From: an uncultured Chthonomonadaceae bacterium
GTDB lineage: Bacteria; Armatimonadota; Chthonomonadetes; Chthonomonadales; CAJBBX01
Direction: 5' to 3'
DNA: 64,000 bases
Assembly: GCA_964519955.1 (NCBI GenBank)
Contig: CAZFLM010000014.1
Location: 40,673 to 104,672, forward strand
In this document: in pieces, positions 15,987 through 25,165 of the stretch
Layout of the letters: every line of letters begins with the position of its first letter
Numbering within the stretch: the first letter of the stretch is position 1
Made by a program: the position numbers and the translations under genes
Notes under the pieces: model-generated
What the model was told of the DNA's origin: nothing
Seen by the model: the letters and a program-made list of their open reading frames with translations, nothing else
Database searches by the model: none

Positions 15987-17645
15987 TCACTCGGGTTGCC
16001 CTTCGGCCAGCGCGCCGACCATCATCCGGCCGATGCGGTCCAGTGAGGCCTGCGCGCGCGGCAGCGTGCCGACCACCGAGCCGTTGTACATGACGGCGAC
16101 GACGTCCGCCAGGTCGAGCACCTCGTCGAGGTCGAGCGAGAAGACCAGGGCGCTCATCCCGCGGCGGCAGGCGTCGCGGATCATGCCGTACACGAACTGC
16201 GTCGCCGCCACGTCGAGCCCGCGCGTCGGCTGCATCGCGACGAGCACCCGCGGCTGCCCGGCCAGCGCCCGCGCGACCAGCACCTTCTGCTGGTTCCCGC
16301 CGGAGAGCGCCGACGCCAACACGTCGCCGGCCGGGGCGCGGACGCGGTACGTCCGTATGGCCTCCTCGCCGCGCTCCTCCACGGTGCCGAGGTCGAGGAA
16401 GCGGCCACCGCCGTGCGCGGGCACGCGCTGCCTCCCGAGCAGCAGGTTCTCGGCGAGCGTGAAGTCGAGGATGAGACCGTCGCGCAGGCGGTCCTCCGGC
16501 ACATATGCGACCGTCCGCGCCAACCTGCGGCCAGCGGACCACCCCGTCACGTCTTCGCCGTCGACCCACACGCTGCCGGACTGCGCGGGCCGCAGCCCCA
16601 CGATGGCCTCCGCCAGCTCGCGCTGCCCACTTCCGTCCACGCCGGCGACGCCCACGATCTGCCCCGGCAGCACGGACAGCGTGACGTCGCGCGCCGCGGG
16701 AGCCCGGCGCTCGTTCAGCACGGTCAGGCCGCGCACCTCCAGCAGCGGCAGCCTCGGCGCGACGACTGGTTCACCCTCGGGGCCGGGCGCGACGGGCGTC
16801 TTGCGCGCCGACCACGCGGGCGGGAACTGCAGCGTCGGCTCGGCGCCGCCGGGAGCCGGCCCGACCGCGCTGGCCGCCATCGGGGTCACGAGGCCGAGCC
16901 CGGCAGCCGGCGCGCCGCTCTTCTCGCCCATCATGTACGCCAACAGTTCGTCGGGGTAGGTGTCCGCCGTCGCCAACTCCGCCACGGACCGCCCGCCGCG
17001 CAGCACCGTGACGCGCGACGTGTGCGCCACGACCTCTCGGAGCTTGTGCGTGATCAGCAGGACGGTGCGCCCATCCGCGACCATGGAGTGCAGGATGGCG
17101 AACAGCGCGTCGGCCTCCTGCGGCCCGAGCGTGGCGGTCGGCTCGTCGAGGATGACGATCTCGGCGCGGCGGAAGAGTGCCTTGACGATCTCGGCCTTCT
17201 GGAGGGCGGCGACGGACAGGGTCCCGGCGGGCGCATCCCACGGCAGCTCGACGCCCAGGCGCCCGCCGATCTCGGCGAGTTGGTCGCGCGCCTCGTTGCG
17301 CCGCAGCACCCCGGTCCGGGCGACCTCAGCACCCAGCGTGATGTTGTCGAGCACGGAGAGCGCGGGGATCATCGTCGTGTGCTGCGTCACCATACCCAGG
17401 CCGAGGGCGATGGCGCGCGCGGGGCTCTGGACGCGCACGTCGGTGTCGCGGAGGCGGATGCGACCGGAGTCGGGCTGGTGGCGACCGTACAGCACGTTCA
17501 TCAGCGTCGACTTGCCCGCGCCGTTCTCGCCGATGACCGCGTGGATCGAGCCACCCCACACGTTGAGCGACACGTTGTCGTTCGCCACCACGTGGCCGGG
17601 GAAGGTCTTGAAGATCCCTGACATCTGGATGATGGGGGTCGCCAT
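15987..17645 (-). CDS. ABC transporter ATP-binding protein with two nucleotide-binding domains
   Basis: 552 aa. Walker A motifs are GENGAGKSTL and GVDGSGQREL, with two signature/Walker B regions. Confidence 0.88.
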   Translation of the reverse strand: MATPIIQMSGIFKTFPGHVVANDNVSLNVWGGSIHAVIGENGAGKSTLMNVLYGRHQPDSGRIRLRDTDVRVQSPARAIALGLGMVTQHTTMIPALSVLDNITLGAEVARTGVLRRNEARDQLAEIGGRLGVELPWDAPAGTLSVAALQKAEIVKALFRRAEIVILDEPTATLGPQEADALFAILHSMVADGRTVLLITHKLREVVAHTSRVTVLRGGRSVAELATADTYPDELLAYMMGEKSGAPAAGLGLVTPMAASAVGPAPGGAEPTLQFPPAWSARKTPVAPGPEGEPVVAPRLPLLEVRGLTVLNERRAPAARDVTLSVLPGQIVGVAGVDGSGQRELAEAIVGLRPAQSGSVWVDGEDVTGWSAGRRLARTVAYVPEDRLRDGLILDFTLAENLLLGRQRVPAHGGGRFLDLGTVEERGEEAIRTYRVRAPAGDVLASALSGGNQQKVLVARALAGQPRVLVAMQPTRGLDVAATQFVYGMIRDACRRGMSALVFSLDLDEVLDLADVVAVMYNGSVVGTLPRAQASLDRIGRMMVGALAEGQPE

Positions 17646-17737
17646 AGCAGTGCCTGTGAGCCGCGAGATGTGCCGCGATCGGGCCGTCCGCCATTGTAGC
17701 GCTGCCTCCCGCGGCGTGTCAACGCGCGCCCGTCACG

Positions 17738-17767
17738 TTGACGCCCCGAGCGGAATACGGTTATAAT
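17738..17767 (+). promoter_or_regulatory. Sigma-70-type promoter of ileS (TTGACG-18 nt-TATAAT)
   Basis: The hexamers are read directly at 17738-17743 and 17762-17767. They are conspicuous in 70% GC DNA and precede a leader of about 175 nt. Confidence 0.5.
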
Positions 17768-17948
17768 GTGCCACCGTACCGACCGACCCCGTCCGCCAAC
17801 GGGGTCGGTTCGGCATGGCGAGGCAGCGCCGCACGCCGCACCTCCTGCAGTGGCCCCTAATCGGCACACGACCCGCGCCAGGCGCACCTGGCGTCGAGAT
17901 ACCCGCGCCCAGCGCTGCGGGATAGCCACACCGGCTCGCGAGAAGACA

Positions 17949-20735
17949 ATGGACTACAAACAGACGCTGAGCATCACCCTCAACGACAAAGACCCCCGCG
18001 CGATGGCGCAGAGGGCCAACCTGCCGGCTCGCGAACCGGAGATTCAGCAGTACTGGGAAGGCATCGACCTGTACGCCGCCAGCCTGGCGAAGCCCGCGCC
18101 GAAGGGTGACTTCATCCTGCACGACGGGCCGCCCTACTCCAACGGCAACATCCATCTCGGGCACGCGCTCAACAAGATCGCCAAGGACATCATCATCAAG
18201 TACAAGACGATGGCCGGCTATCGCGCGCCGTACGTGCCGGGCTGGGACAACCACGGGATGCCCATCGAGAACGAGGTTGCCCGCGAGTTCCGCGCCAAGC
18301 ACGAGAAGCCCGACCGCATCGCCATGCGCAAGCGCTGCCGCGAGTACGCCGCCGGGTTCGTGGGCGTCCAGCGCGAGCAGTTCAAGCGCCTGGGCGTGCG
18401 CGGCGACTGGGAGCACCCGTACACGACGATGAGCCACGAGTTCGAAGCCAAGATCGTCGAGGTGTTCGCCGACCTCGCCGCGAAGGGCTACGTGTACCGC
18501 GGCCTCAAGCCGGTACTCTGGTGCGCCTCCTGCGAGACCGCCCTGGCCGACGCCGAGGTGGAGTACGAGCCGCACACGTCCAACAGCATCCACGTCCGGT
18601 TCCCGGTGACGGCCGACCCGAATGGCGTGTTCGGCGCGAGCCTCGAGAACGCCCACGTCCTGATCTGGACGACGACGCCCTGGACCATCCCGGCGAACCT
18701 GGCCCTGGCCGTGCACCCGGACGCGGAGTACGTCGTGGTGTCCGCCGGCGACGCGCGCTACCTGATGGCGGCGCCGCTTGTCGAGAAGACGCTGCAGGCC
18801 ATGGGCGCGCCGGCGGTCGACCTCGAGTCGCTCCCGCGCACCAAGGGCTCCGACCTTGGCGGCATCGTCGCGCAGCACCCGCTCTTCGACCGCCCGTCGC
18901 CCGTCGTCTTCGCGAACTACGTGACGATGGAAGACGGCACCGGCGTGGTGCACACGGCGCCCGGGCATGGTAAGGAGGACTTCGAGACCGGCCAGCGCGA
19001 AGGGCTCGACGTGCTCTGTCCCGTCGACCAGTCCGGCACGCTCACCGCGCAGGCCGGCGAGCAGTTCCAGGGCGCGCGCATCCTGGGAGGCGACGCGGAC
19101 AAGCGCGTCATCGAGGCGCTGCGCGAGGCCGGGCACCTCATGGCGCTCGGCGCGATCGAGCACAGCTACCCGCACTGCTGGCGCTGCCACAAGCCGCTGC
19201 TCTTCCGCGCCACCGTCCAGTGGTTCATGAACATCGACCACGAGGGGCACCGCGAGAAGTCGCTCGAGGCCATCGACCAGGTGCGCTGGTACCCGCCGGT
19301 GAGCAAGAACCGCATCACGTCGATGGTCGGCGGGCGGCCGGACTGGTGCCTGAGCCGCCAGCGCGCGTGGGGCGTCGGCATCCCGGCGTTCTACTGCCGC
19401 GACTGCGGCAAGGAGATCCTCCAGCGCGAGGCCCTGGGCGCGGTGCACGACCTCGTCTCCCGCGAAGGCGCCGACGCGTGGTACGAGCGCCCGGCGTCCG
19501 AGATCCTGCCGGCCGGGTTCGCGTGCCCGCACTGCGGCGGCTCGTCGTTCGAGAAGGAGACCGACATCCTGGATGTCTGGTTCGACTCCGGCTCGACGCA
19601 TCTGGCTGTGCTGGACAGCGGCGTGTGGCCCGACCTGAGCTGGCCGGCCGACCTGTACCTGGAGGGCTCCGACCAGCATCGGGGGTGGTTCAACTCGTCG
19701 CTCATGGTCTCCGTTGGCACGCGCGGCTGCGCCCCGTACGGCGCCGTGATCACGAATGGCTGGACGCTGGACAAGAACGGCCGGCCGATGCACAAGAGCC
19801 TGGGCAACGTGGTCTCCCCGCTCGACGTCATAAGGGAGCACGGCGCGGACGTGCTGCGCCTGTGGGTGGCCTCGACGGACTACTTCGAGGACGTCCGCTG
19901 CTCCGACGACGCGCTGAAGCAGGTCTCCGAGACCTACCGCCGCATCCGCAACACGTTCCGCTTCATGGTCAACAACCTGCACGAGTTCGACGCGGCCACG
20001 CAGTCGGTCCCGGACGCCGAGATGCACGACCTGGACCGCTGGATACTCGCGCGCCTCGGTTCGCTGATCGAGGCCTGCGCCGCGGGATACGAGGCGTACG
20101 AGTTCCACCGTATCTACCATGCGGTGAACGCGTTCTGCGCGAACGATCTGAGCGCGTTCTACCTGGACGTCATCAAGGACCGGCTCTACTGCTCCGCGCC
20201 GGGCTCGTCGGATCGACGGTCGGCCCAGACCGCGCTCTTCCAGCTCGCCTCCGCGATGGCTCGCCTGCTTGCGCCGATCCTGTCGCACACGGCCGAGGAG
20301 GTCTGGGAGCGCATGGGCCTGCGGAGCCAGGCGCCAAGCGTCCAACTCGCCAACTTCCCGGAGCCGGGCGCGCCCCGCACCGGCGTCGAAGCGCGCTGGG
20401 AGCCGGTGCTGACGCTGCGCGAGGCCGTGAACGTTGCCGTGGAGGCCGCAAAGCAGGAGAAGGTGTTCACGAACCCGCTGGAGGCCGAGGTGCTGGTGCG
20501 CGCGCCGCAGTCGACGGTGGACGCGCTTCAGCCGGTGCTCGCCGACCTGCCAGCGGTGCTCAAGGTCTCGCAGGTACGCCTGGAAGCGGGCGATGGCGAC
20601 CAGGTCCAGGTGACGGCCCAGCCGGCGGCGGGCGAGAAGTGCGTGCGCTGCTGGCTCGTGAAGCCCAACGTGGGCGTCAACGCTGACCACCCGGGCCTCT
20701 GCCCGCGCTGCACGGAAGTCGTTCTGTCCCTATAG
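17949..20735 (+). CDS. ileS: Isoleucine--tRNA ligase
   Basis: I chose the start ATG at 17949 (MDYKQTLSITL...). Shows HDGPPYSNGNIHLGHALNK (HIGH), KMHKSLGN (KMSKS) and a C-terminal Zn-ribbon (CVRCW...CPRC). Confidence 0.95.
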   Translation: MDYKQTLSITLNDKDPRAMAQRANLPAREPEIQQYWEGIDLYAASLAKPAPKGDFILHDGPPYSNGNIHLGHALNKIAKDIIIKYKTMAGYRAPYVPGWDNHGMPIENEVAREFRAKHEKPDRIAMRKRCREYAAGFVGVQREQFKRLGVRGDWEHPYTTMSHEFEAKIVEVFADLAAKGYVYRGLKPVLWCASCETALADAEVEYEPHTSNSIHVRFPVTADPNGVFGASLENAHVLIWTTTPWTIPANLALAVHPDAEYVVVSAGDARYLMAAPLVEKTLQAMGAPAVDLESLPRTKGSDLGGIVAQHPLFDRPSPVVFANYVTMEDGTGVVHTAPGHGKEDFETGQREGLDVLCPVDQSGTLTAQAGEQFQGARILGGDADKRVIEALREAGHLMALGAIEHSYPHCWRCHKPLLFRATVQWFMNIDHEGHREKSLEAIDQVRWYPPVSKNRITSMVGGRPDWCLSRQRAWGVGIPAFYCRDCGKEILQREALGAVHDLVSREGADAWYERPASEILPAGFACPHCGGSSFEKETDILDVWFDSGSTHLAVLDSGVWPDLSWPADLYLEGSDQHRGWFNSSLMVSVGTRGCAPYGAVITNGWTLDKNGRPMHKSLGNVVSPLDVIREHGADVLRLWVASTDYFEDVRCSDDALKQVSETYRRIRNTFRFMVNNLHEFDAATQSVPDAEMHDLDRWILARLGSLIEACAAGYEAYEFHRIYHAVNAFCANDLSAFYLDVIKDRLYCSAPGSSDRRSAQTALFQLASAMARLLAPILSHTAEEVWERMGLRSQAPSVQLANFPEPGAPRTGVEARWEPVLTLREAVNVAVEAAKQEKVFTNPLEAEVLVRAPQSTVDALQPVLADLPAVLKVSQVRLEAGDGDQVQVTAQPAAGEKCVRCWLVKPNVGVNADHPGLCPRCTEVVLSL

Positions 20736-20834
20736 CTCGTCTCGACGACCCGGCCAGGCTCGCGCCGAGCACTTCGAGCCCGGCCCTGGCACAGCCCATC
20801 GATGGATGACGATCCCGCCTCAGGGAGAGACGCC

Positions 20835-21200
20835 ATGACGAAGGCACAGCTCGACAAGATGAAGACGCGTCTGGTGCAGGAGAAGGCCCGGCTGGAGGCC
20901 GACCGCGCCAGCCTGCTGGAACACGAGGGGATGGCGTCGGAGTTGGGCGAGCTGGCCAGCGTCGACGTGAACCACCCGGCGGACGTCGGCACCGAGATGT
21001 TCGAGCGGGAACGCCAGCAAGCCCTGAACGAGAACCTGACCCAACTCATCAAGCAGGTGAACAACGCCTTGGCGAAGATCGCGGCCGGCACGTACGGCGT
21101 CTGCGACAACTGCAGCGCCGCGATCCCGGATGCCCGCATGAACGCGCTGCCCTACGCTACCTACTGCATCGCCTGCCAGAGCCGATTGGAGAGTGCGTGA
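20835..21200 (+). CDS. DksA/TraR-family C4 zinc-finger protein
   Basis: I chose the start ATG at 20835 (AGGGAGAGA RBS). A coiled-coil region is followed by CDNCSAAIPDARMNALPYATYCIACQ. Confidence 0.75.
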   Translation: MTKAQLDKMKTRLVQEKARLEADRASLLEHEGMASELGELASVDVNHPADVGTEMFERERQQALNENLTQLIKQVNNALAKIAAGTYGVCDNCSAAIPDARMNALPYATYCIACQSRLESA

Positions 21201-21691
21201 AGCCCCGCATCTTCTACCTCATTGCTATCGTCATCGTCCTCTGCGATCAGTTGACGAAGCACATGGTCATCCGAGTCTTCCCGGTCGGTGACAGCCGCCG
21301 CATCCTCGGGCCGATCCTCTCGCTCACGCACACGCGCAACACGGGTGGCGCCTTCAGCCTCCTGCAGGCGCGCGTGCCGGTGTTCCTCGTCGTCGGGATC
21401 ATCGCGGTCGCGGCCATGCTCGTCGCGTACCATCGCATGCGCGAGTCGGACCTCGGCATCTCGGCTGCGTTGGCGCTCGCGTTAGGCGGGGCGATCGGCA
21501 ACCTCATCGATCGCATCCGGTTCGGCTACGTCGTCGACTTCTTCGACATCCACGTCTGGCCGATCTTCAACATCGCGGACTCGGCCATCACCGTCGCGAT
21601 TTGCCTGCTCGCCTGGCGCTTCCTCATGCCGCACAAGCGCCGCGACGAGCGCGCCGATCCAACCGAGCAACCAGAAGGCGACCCTACCTAG
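21197..21691 (+). CDS. lspA: Lipoprotein signal peptidase II
   Basis: 164 aa. The GTG start overlaps the upstream stop (GTGA). Shows DQLTKHMV, NTGGAFS and FNIADSAI motifs. Confidence 0.9.
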   Translation: MKPRIFYLIAIVIVLCDQLTKHMVIRVFPVGDSRRILGPILSLTHTRNTGGAFSLLQARVPVFLVVGIIAVAAMLVAYHRMRESDLGISAALALALGGAIGNLIDRIRFGYVVDFFDIHVWPIFNIADSAITVAICLLAWRFLMPHKRRDERADPTEQPEGDPT

Positions 21692-21695
21692 GCCC

Positions 21696-22535
21696 ATGCT
21701 ACCTGAGCTTTTCCACATAGGGCCTCTGCCCATCCGCTCGTACGGCGTCACGGTCCTGATCGCGTTCCTGATTGCGCTCGCCTATGCCACTCACCGCGTC
21801 AAGCGCGCCATGGCCGGCCGCGACCCGGCCGAACCGGGCCTCATCACCCCCGACCACGTGTTCGACATGTCGATCATCGGGCTGTTCATCGGCATCCTCG
21901 GCACGCGCACGGTGTACGTGGTGCTGGACTGGCCCGAGTTCGCCGGACACCCGCTCGACGTGTTCAAGATCTGGTCCGGCGGCCTCTCCATCCATGGCGC
22001 CCTCATCTTCGGCGTGCCGTGGGTGGCATGGTATAGCCGGCGGCACCGCCTCAGCTTCCTGCAGTTCGCCGACTTCGCCGCGCCGGCGTTCGCCATCGGC
22101 CACGGCATCGGCCGCATCGGCTGCTTCCTGAACGGATGCTGCTACGGGGCGGCGTGCAACCTGCCGTGGGCGGTTCGGTTCCTGCGCGAGGGGCACCCCG
22201 GCGAACTCACACCGCCAAGCCACCCGGTCCAGCTCTACTCGGCGCTGTTCAACCTCAGCTTCTTCGTGCTGCTCGACCGCGTCTCGCGGAAGCCGCACCG
22301 GCGCGGGTCCATCACGCTCGCCTATCTGGCGCTCTTCCTCAGCGCGCGGTTTGTCGAGGAGATCTTCCGCCACGGGGCCACGGCCGACACGTTCGTCCTC
22401 GGCCTGACCCACGCGCAGACCTTCACCTTGGTCGGCCTGCCCATCATCGCACTGATCTACTGGCGCCTGCGCAACACCGCCGTCATCGACCCACAGCCCG
22501 CCCCCGCCGCGGAGGCCACAACCGAACAGCCATGA
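21696..22535 (+). CDS. lgt: Phosphatidylglycerol--prolipoprotein diacylglyceryl transferase
   Basis: 279 aa. Shows IRSYGVTVLIAFL, GGLSIHGAL and GRIGCFLNGCCYG. Confidence 0.9.
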   Translation: MLPELFHIGPLPIRSYGVTVLIAFLIALAYATHRVKRAMAGRDPAEPGLITPDHVFDMSIIGLFIGILGTRTVYVVLDWPEFAGHPLDVFKIWSGGLSIHGALIFGVPWVAWYSRRHRLSFLQFADFAAPAFAIGHGIGRIGCFLNGCCYGAACNLPWAVRFLREGHPGELTPPSHPVQLYSALFNLSFFVLLDRVSRKPHRRGSITLAYLALFLSARFVEEIFRHGATADTFVLGLTHAQTFTLVGLPIIALIYWRLRNTAVIDPQPAPAAEATTEQP

Positions 22536-23956
22536 CCGCACCCCTTCCCCTGAAGCCGGCGCCGGCCTTCCCCACCGAGTTGGTCCGCGCGCTGCGCAAG
22601 GCCCTGGGCGCCGACGCGGTGCTGACGGGCGGCCCGGAGCTGGCGGCGTACGACTGCGACGCGTACCCGGTCGCGCACAGCGCCCCCACGATGGTCGTGC
22701 TGCCCGAGAGCACCGCGCAGGTGGCCGAGATCGTGCGGCTCTGCAACCAATTCGGCGTCCTCTACATCCCGCGCGGCGCGGGCACCGGCCTCTCCGGCGG
22801 CGCGACGCCCATCTACGGCGGCGTCGTCATCTCGTTGGCGCGCATGAACCGGATACTGGAGATCGACCCGGTGGGCCGGCGCATCCGCGCGCAGGCCGGC
22901 GCCATCAGCCTGGGGCTCAGCAAGGCGGTCGAGAGCTTCGGCCTGCACTACGCCCCGGATCCGTCGAGCCAGGGGGTGTGCACCGTCGGCGGGAACGTGG
23001 CCGAGAACTCCGGGGGCGCCCACACGCTCAAGTACGGCGTCACCACCAACCACACCGTCGGCCTCACGATGGTCCTCCCAAGCGGCGAGGTCGTGGAGCT
23101 TGGTTCCGAGGTGGAGGACACGGCGGGGCTCGACCTGGTCGGCTTCGTGTGCGGCTCCGAGGGCACGCTGGGCATCGTGACGGAGGTCGTGGCCCGCCTC
23201 ACGCCCCTGCCGCGCACCTACCGCACGCTCCTGGCGATCTTCGAGACGCTGGACGACACGACGCGCGCGGTCGCCGACATCATCGCGTCCGGCATCATCC
23301 CCTGCGCGCTGGAGATGATCGACCAGAACATCCTGCGCTACATCGAGGAGGCGTACCACCTCGGCTTCCCGCCCGACTGCAGCGCGGTGCTGCTGATCGA
23401 GCTGGACGGCTTCGAGGCAGGCATCGACGCCGACACCGACGCCGTCCGCGCGCTCTGCACTAAGAACAAGGCGCGCGAGGTCCGCACCGCCGCCAATGCT
23501 CAGGAGCGCGACCGGCTCTGGCTGGCCCGCAAGCGCGGCATCGGCGTCATGGGCCGCCACCGGCCGAGCCACGTCACGCAGGACGGCGTCATCCCCCGCA
23601 GCAAGCTGCCGGAGGTCCTCGCGGAGGTGTCGGAGATCGCGGCGCGACACGGGGTGACCGTCTGCAACATCTTCCATGCGGGCGACGGCAACCTGCACCC
23701 GGCGATGGTCTTCGACGAGCGCGACCCGGAGGAAGTGCGCCGCATCACCGAGGCGGGCGAGGAGATCCTGAGGCTCTGCGTCCGCGTCGGCGGCACCATC
23801 ACCGGGGAGCACGGCGTGGGGATCGAGAAGCTGGCGTCGATGGGCCTGGTCTACTCCCAGGACGACCTCGGCGCGATGGCGAAGCTGCGCGGCGTGTTCG
23901 ACCCGTCCGGGCTCTGCAACCCGGGCAAGCTCATCCCCGCACCGGTGGCATCATGA
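22532..23956 (+). CDS. glcD: FAD-linked oxidase, glycolate oxidase subunit GlcD-like
   Basis: The start ATG 22532 overlaps the lgt stop (ATGA). Shows the FAD-binding region PRGAGTGLSGGA and the C-terminal GEHGVGIEK. Confidence 0.8.
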   Translation: MTAPLPLKPAPAFPTELVRALRKALGADAVLTGGPELAAYDCDAYPVAHSAPTMVVLPESTAQVAEIVRLCNQFGVLYIPRGAGTGLSGGATPIYGGVVISLARMNRILEIDPVGRRIRAQAGAISLGLSKAVESFGLHYAPDPSSQGVCTVGGNVAENSGGAHTLKYGVTTNHTVGLTMVLPSGEVVELGSEVEDTAGLDLVGFVCGSEGTLGIVTEVVARLTPLPRTYRTLLAIFETLDDTTRAVADIIASGIIPCALEMIDQNILRYIEEAYHLGFPPDCSAVLLIELDGFEAGIDADTDAVRALCTKNKAREVRTAANAQERDRLWLARKRGIGVMGRHRPSHVTQDGVIPRSKLPEVLAEVSEIAARHGVTVCNIFHAGDGNLHPAMVFDERDPEEVRRITEAGEEILRLCVRVGGTITGEHGVGIEKLASMGLVYSQDDLGAMAKLRGVFDPSGLCNPGKLIPAPVAS

Positions 23957-25158
23957 CGAGCATCGCTCCCGCCTTCCTTGACCCGACACCCGCCGAAGCG
24001 CTCGATGGCGTCGCGCCGCTCCATGCCGCCGCGCCGACGACGGTCGAGGAGATCGCCGACCTCGTCCGCTGGGCGCGCGCGGAGCGCATCGCGCTGGTTC
24101 CGGCCGGCGGCGGCACGGAGCGCCCGTTCGGCAACCTGCTCTCGGCGTCGCGCTGGGTCTCGCTGCGGTCCGAGGGCCGCGCGGGCATCGTCTCGTTCGA
24201 GCGCGCCGACATGGTGGCCACGGTCCGCCCCGGCACCACTCTCGCGCAGTTGCAGGCCGAGCTGGGCGAAGCGGGCCAGTTCTACCCCAACGACTCGCCG
24301 CTGCCCGAGCGCGCCACCATCGGGGGCATTGTCGCGGCCAACCGCCAGGGCCTGCTGCGCCCGCTCTATGGCACGCCCCGCGACCGCGTGCTGGGTCTCG
24401 GCGTCGTCACCGGCGAGGGCGTGGCGATCCGCGGCGGTGGGCGCACCGTGAAGAACGTCGCGGGCTACGACATGTGCAAACTCTTCACCGGCTCGCGCGG
24501 CGCTCTGGGCTACCTCACGGAGGTCACGCTGCGCTGCGATCCGCTGCCGGCCGCGCGCCTCCACGTGGTCTACCGCGCCGCCGACATCCGGCAGGCGGTT
24601 CAGGGCGGCCTCGCCATCCACATGGCCCACCTGCAGCCGGCCTACCTCGTCGCGGCGAACCGCCCCTACCCGCTTCTGGCGATCGGCATCTGGGGCGCGC
24701 AAGCCACGGTGGACTGGCAGGCGGCGCGCATCGCGGAGGAGCTGAAGGCGGCGGGCCTGGAGCCGGCCGACGGCGGCCCATCGCCGCAGGACCTGGCGAA
24801 CCGCACCTGCCCGAGCGCGATCGACGCGCCGATGGCGGGCCGGGCCGCTGTGCCCGTGGCCAAGTTGCTTGATATCGTGGCGCGCCTGGAGGGCTCCGGG
24901 GCCGCGCTGGACGTGCAGGTGGCGAACGGCATCATCCACTTTGCGCTCGACACGGCGTTCTGGGCGAACCTGGAGGGCATCGCCGGCCTGCTGCCGCGCT
25001 CCGCCAACTTGGCGTGGACGCGCTTGCCGGCCGAGCTGAAGCGGGACATCGACGTGTGGGGAGGCATCCGCTCCGCCGCCCACCTGATGCGGGGCATCAA
25101 GGACGCGCTCGATCCGGACGGTGTGTTCGCGCCCGGCCGCGTCGCGGGGAGGCTCTGA
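23953..25158 (+). CDS. glcE: FAD-binding oxidoreductase, glycolate oxidase subunit GlcE-like
   Basis: 401 aa, with an ATGA overlap to glcD. Shows VPAGGGTE...VKNVAGYDMCKLFTGSRGALG. Confidence 0.75.
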   Translation: MTSIAPAFLDPTPAEALDGVAPLHAAAPTTVEEIADLVRWARAERIALVPAGGGTERPFGNLLSASRWVSLRSEGRAGIVSFERADMVATVRPGTTLAQLQAELGEAGQFYPNDSPLPERATIGGIVAANRQGLLRPLYGTPRDRVLGLGVVTGEGVAIRGGGRTVKNVAGYDMCKLFTGSRGALGYLTEVTLRCDPLPAARLHVVYRAADIRQAVQGGLAIHMAHLQPAYLVAANRPYPLLAIGIWGAQATVDWQAARIAEELKAAGLEPADGGPSPQDLANRTCPSAIDAPMAGRAAVPVAKLLDIVARLEGSGAALDVQVANGIIHFALDTAFWANLEGIAGLLPRSANLAWTRLPAELKRDIDVWGGIRSAAHLMRGIKDALDPDGVFAPGRVAGRL

Positions 25159-25165
25159 CACGCCC

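Noticed and set aside
17768-17948. A T-box riboswitch in the ileS leader.
   Set aside because: I could not find the conserved T-box sequence or a specifier-loop arrangement; only generic hairpins are present. A covariance-model scan would be needed to be sure.
17733-20690. 985-aa minus-strand ORF antisense to ileS.
   Set aside because: It is a shadow ORF. The plus strand encodes an unmistakable isoleucyl-tRNA synthetase with HIGH and KMSKS motifs.
22136-23956. N-terminal extensions of track ORFs. Affected ORFs: glcD 22136, the J-domain gene 51126, GspF-2 47772, purM 56368, fba 42941, the GT4 gene 31035, purL 61510 and cca 61680, among others.
   Set aside because: The extensions overlap upstream genes, lack homology-like sequence, and internal starts with good RBSs or 4-nt stop/start overlaps fit the conserved N-termini.
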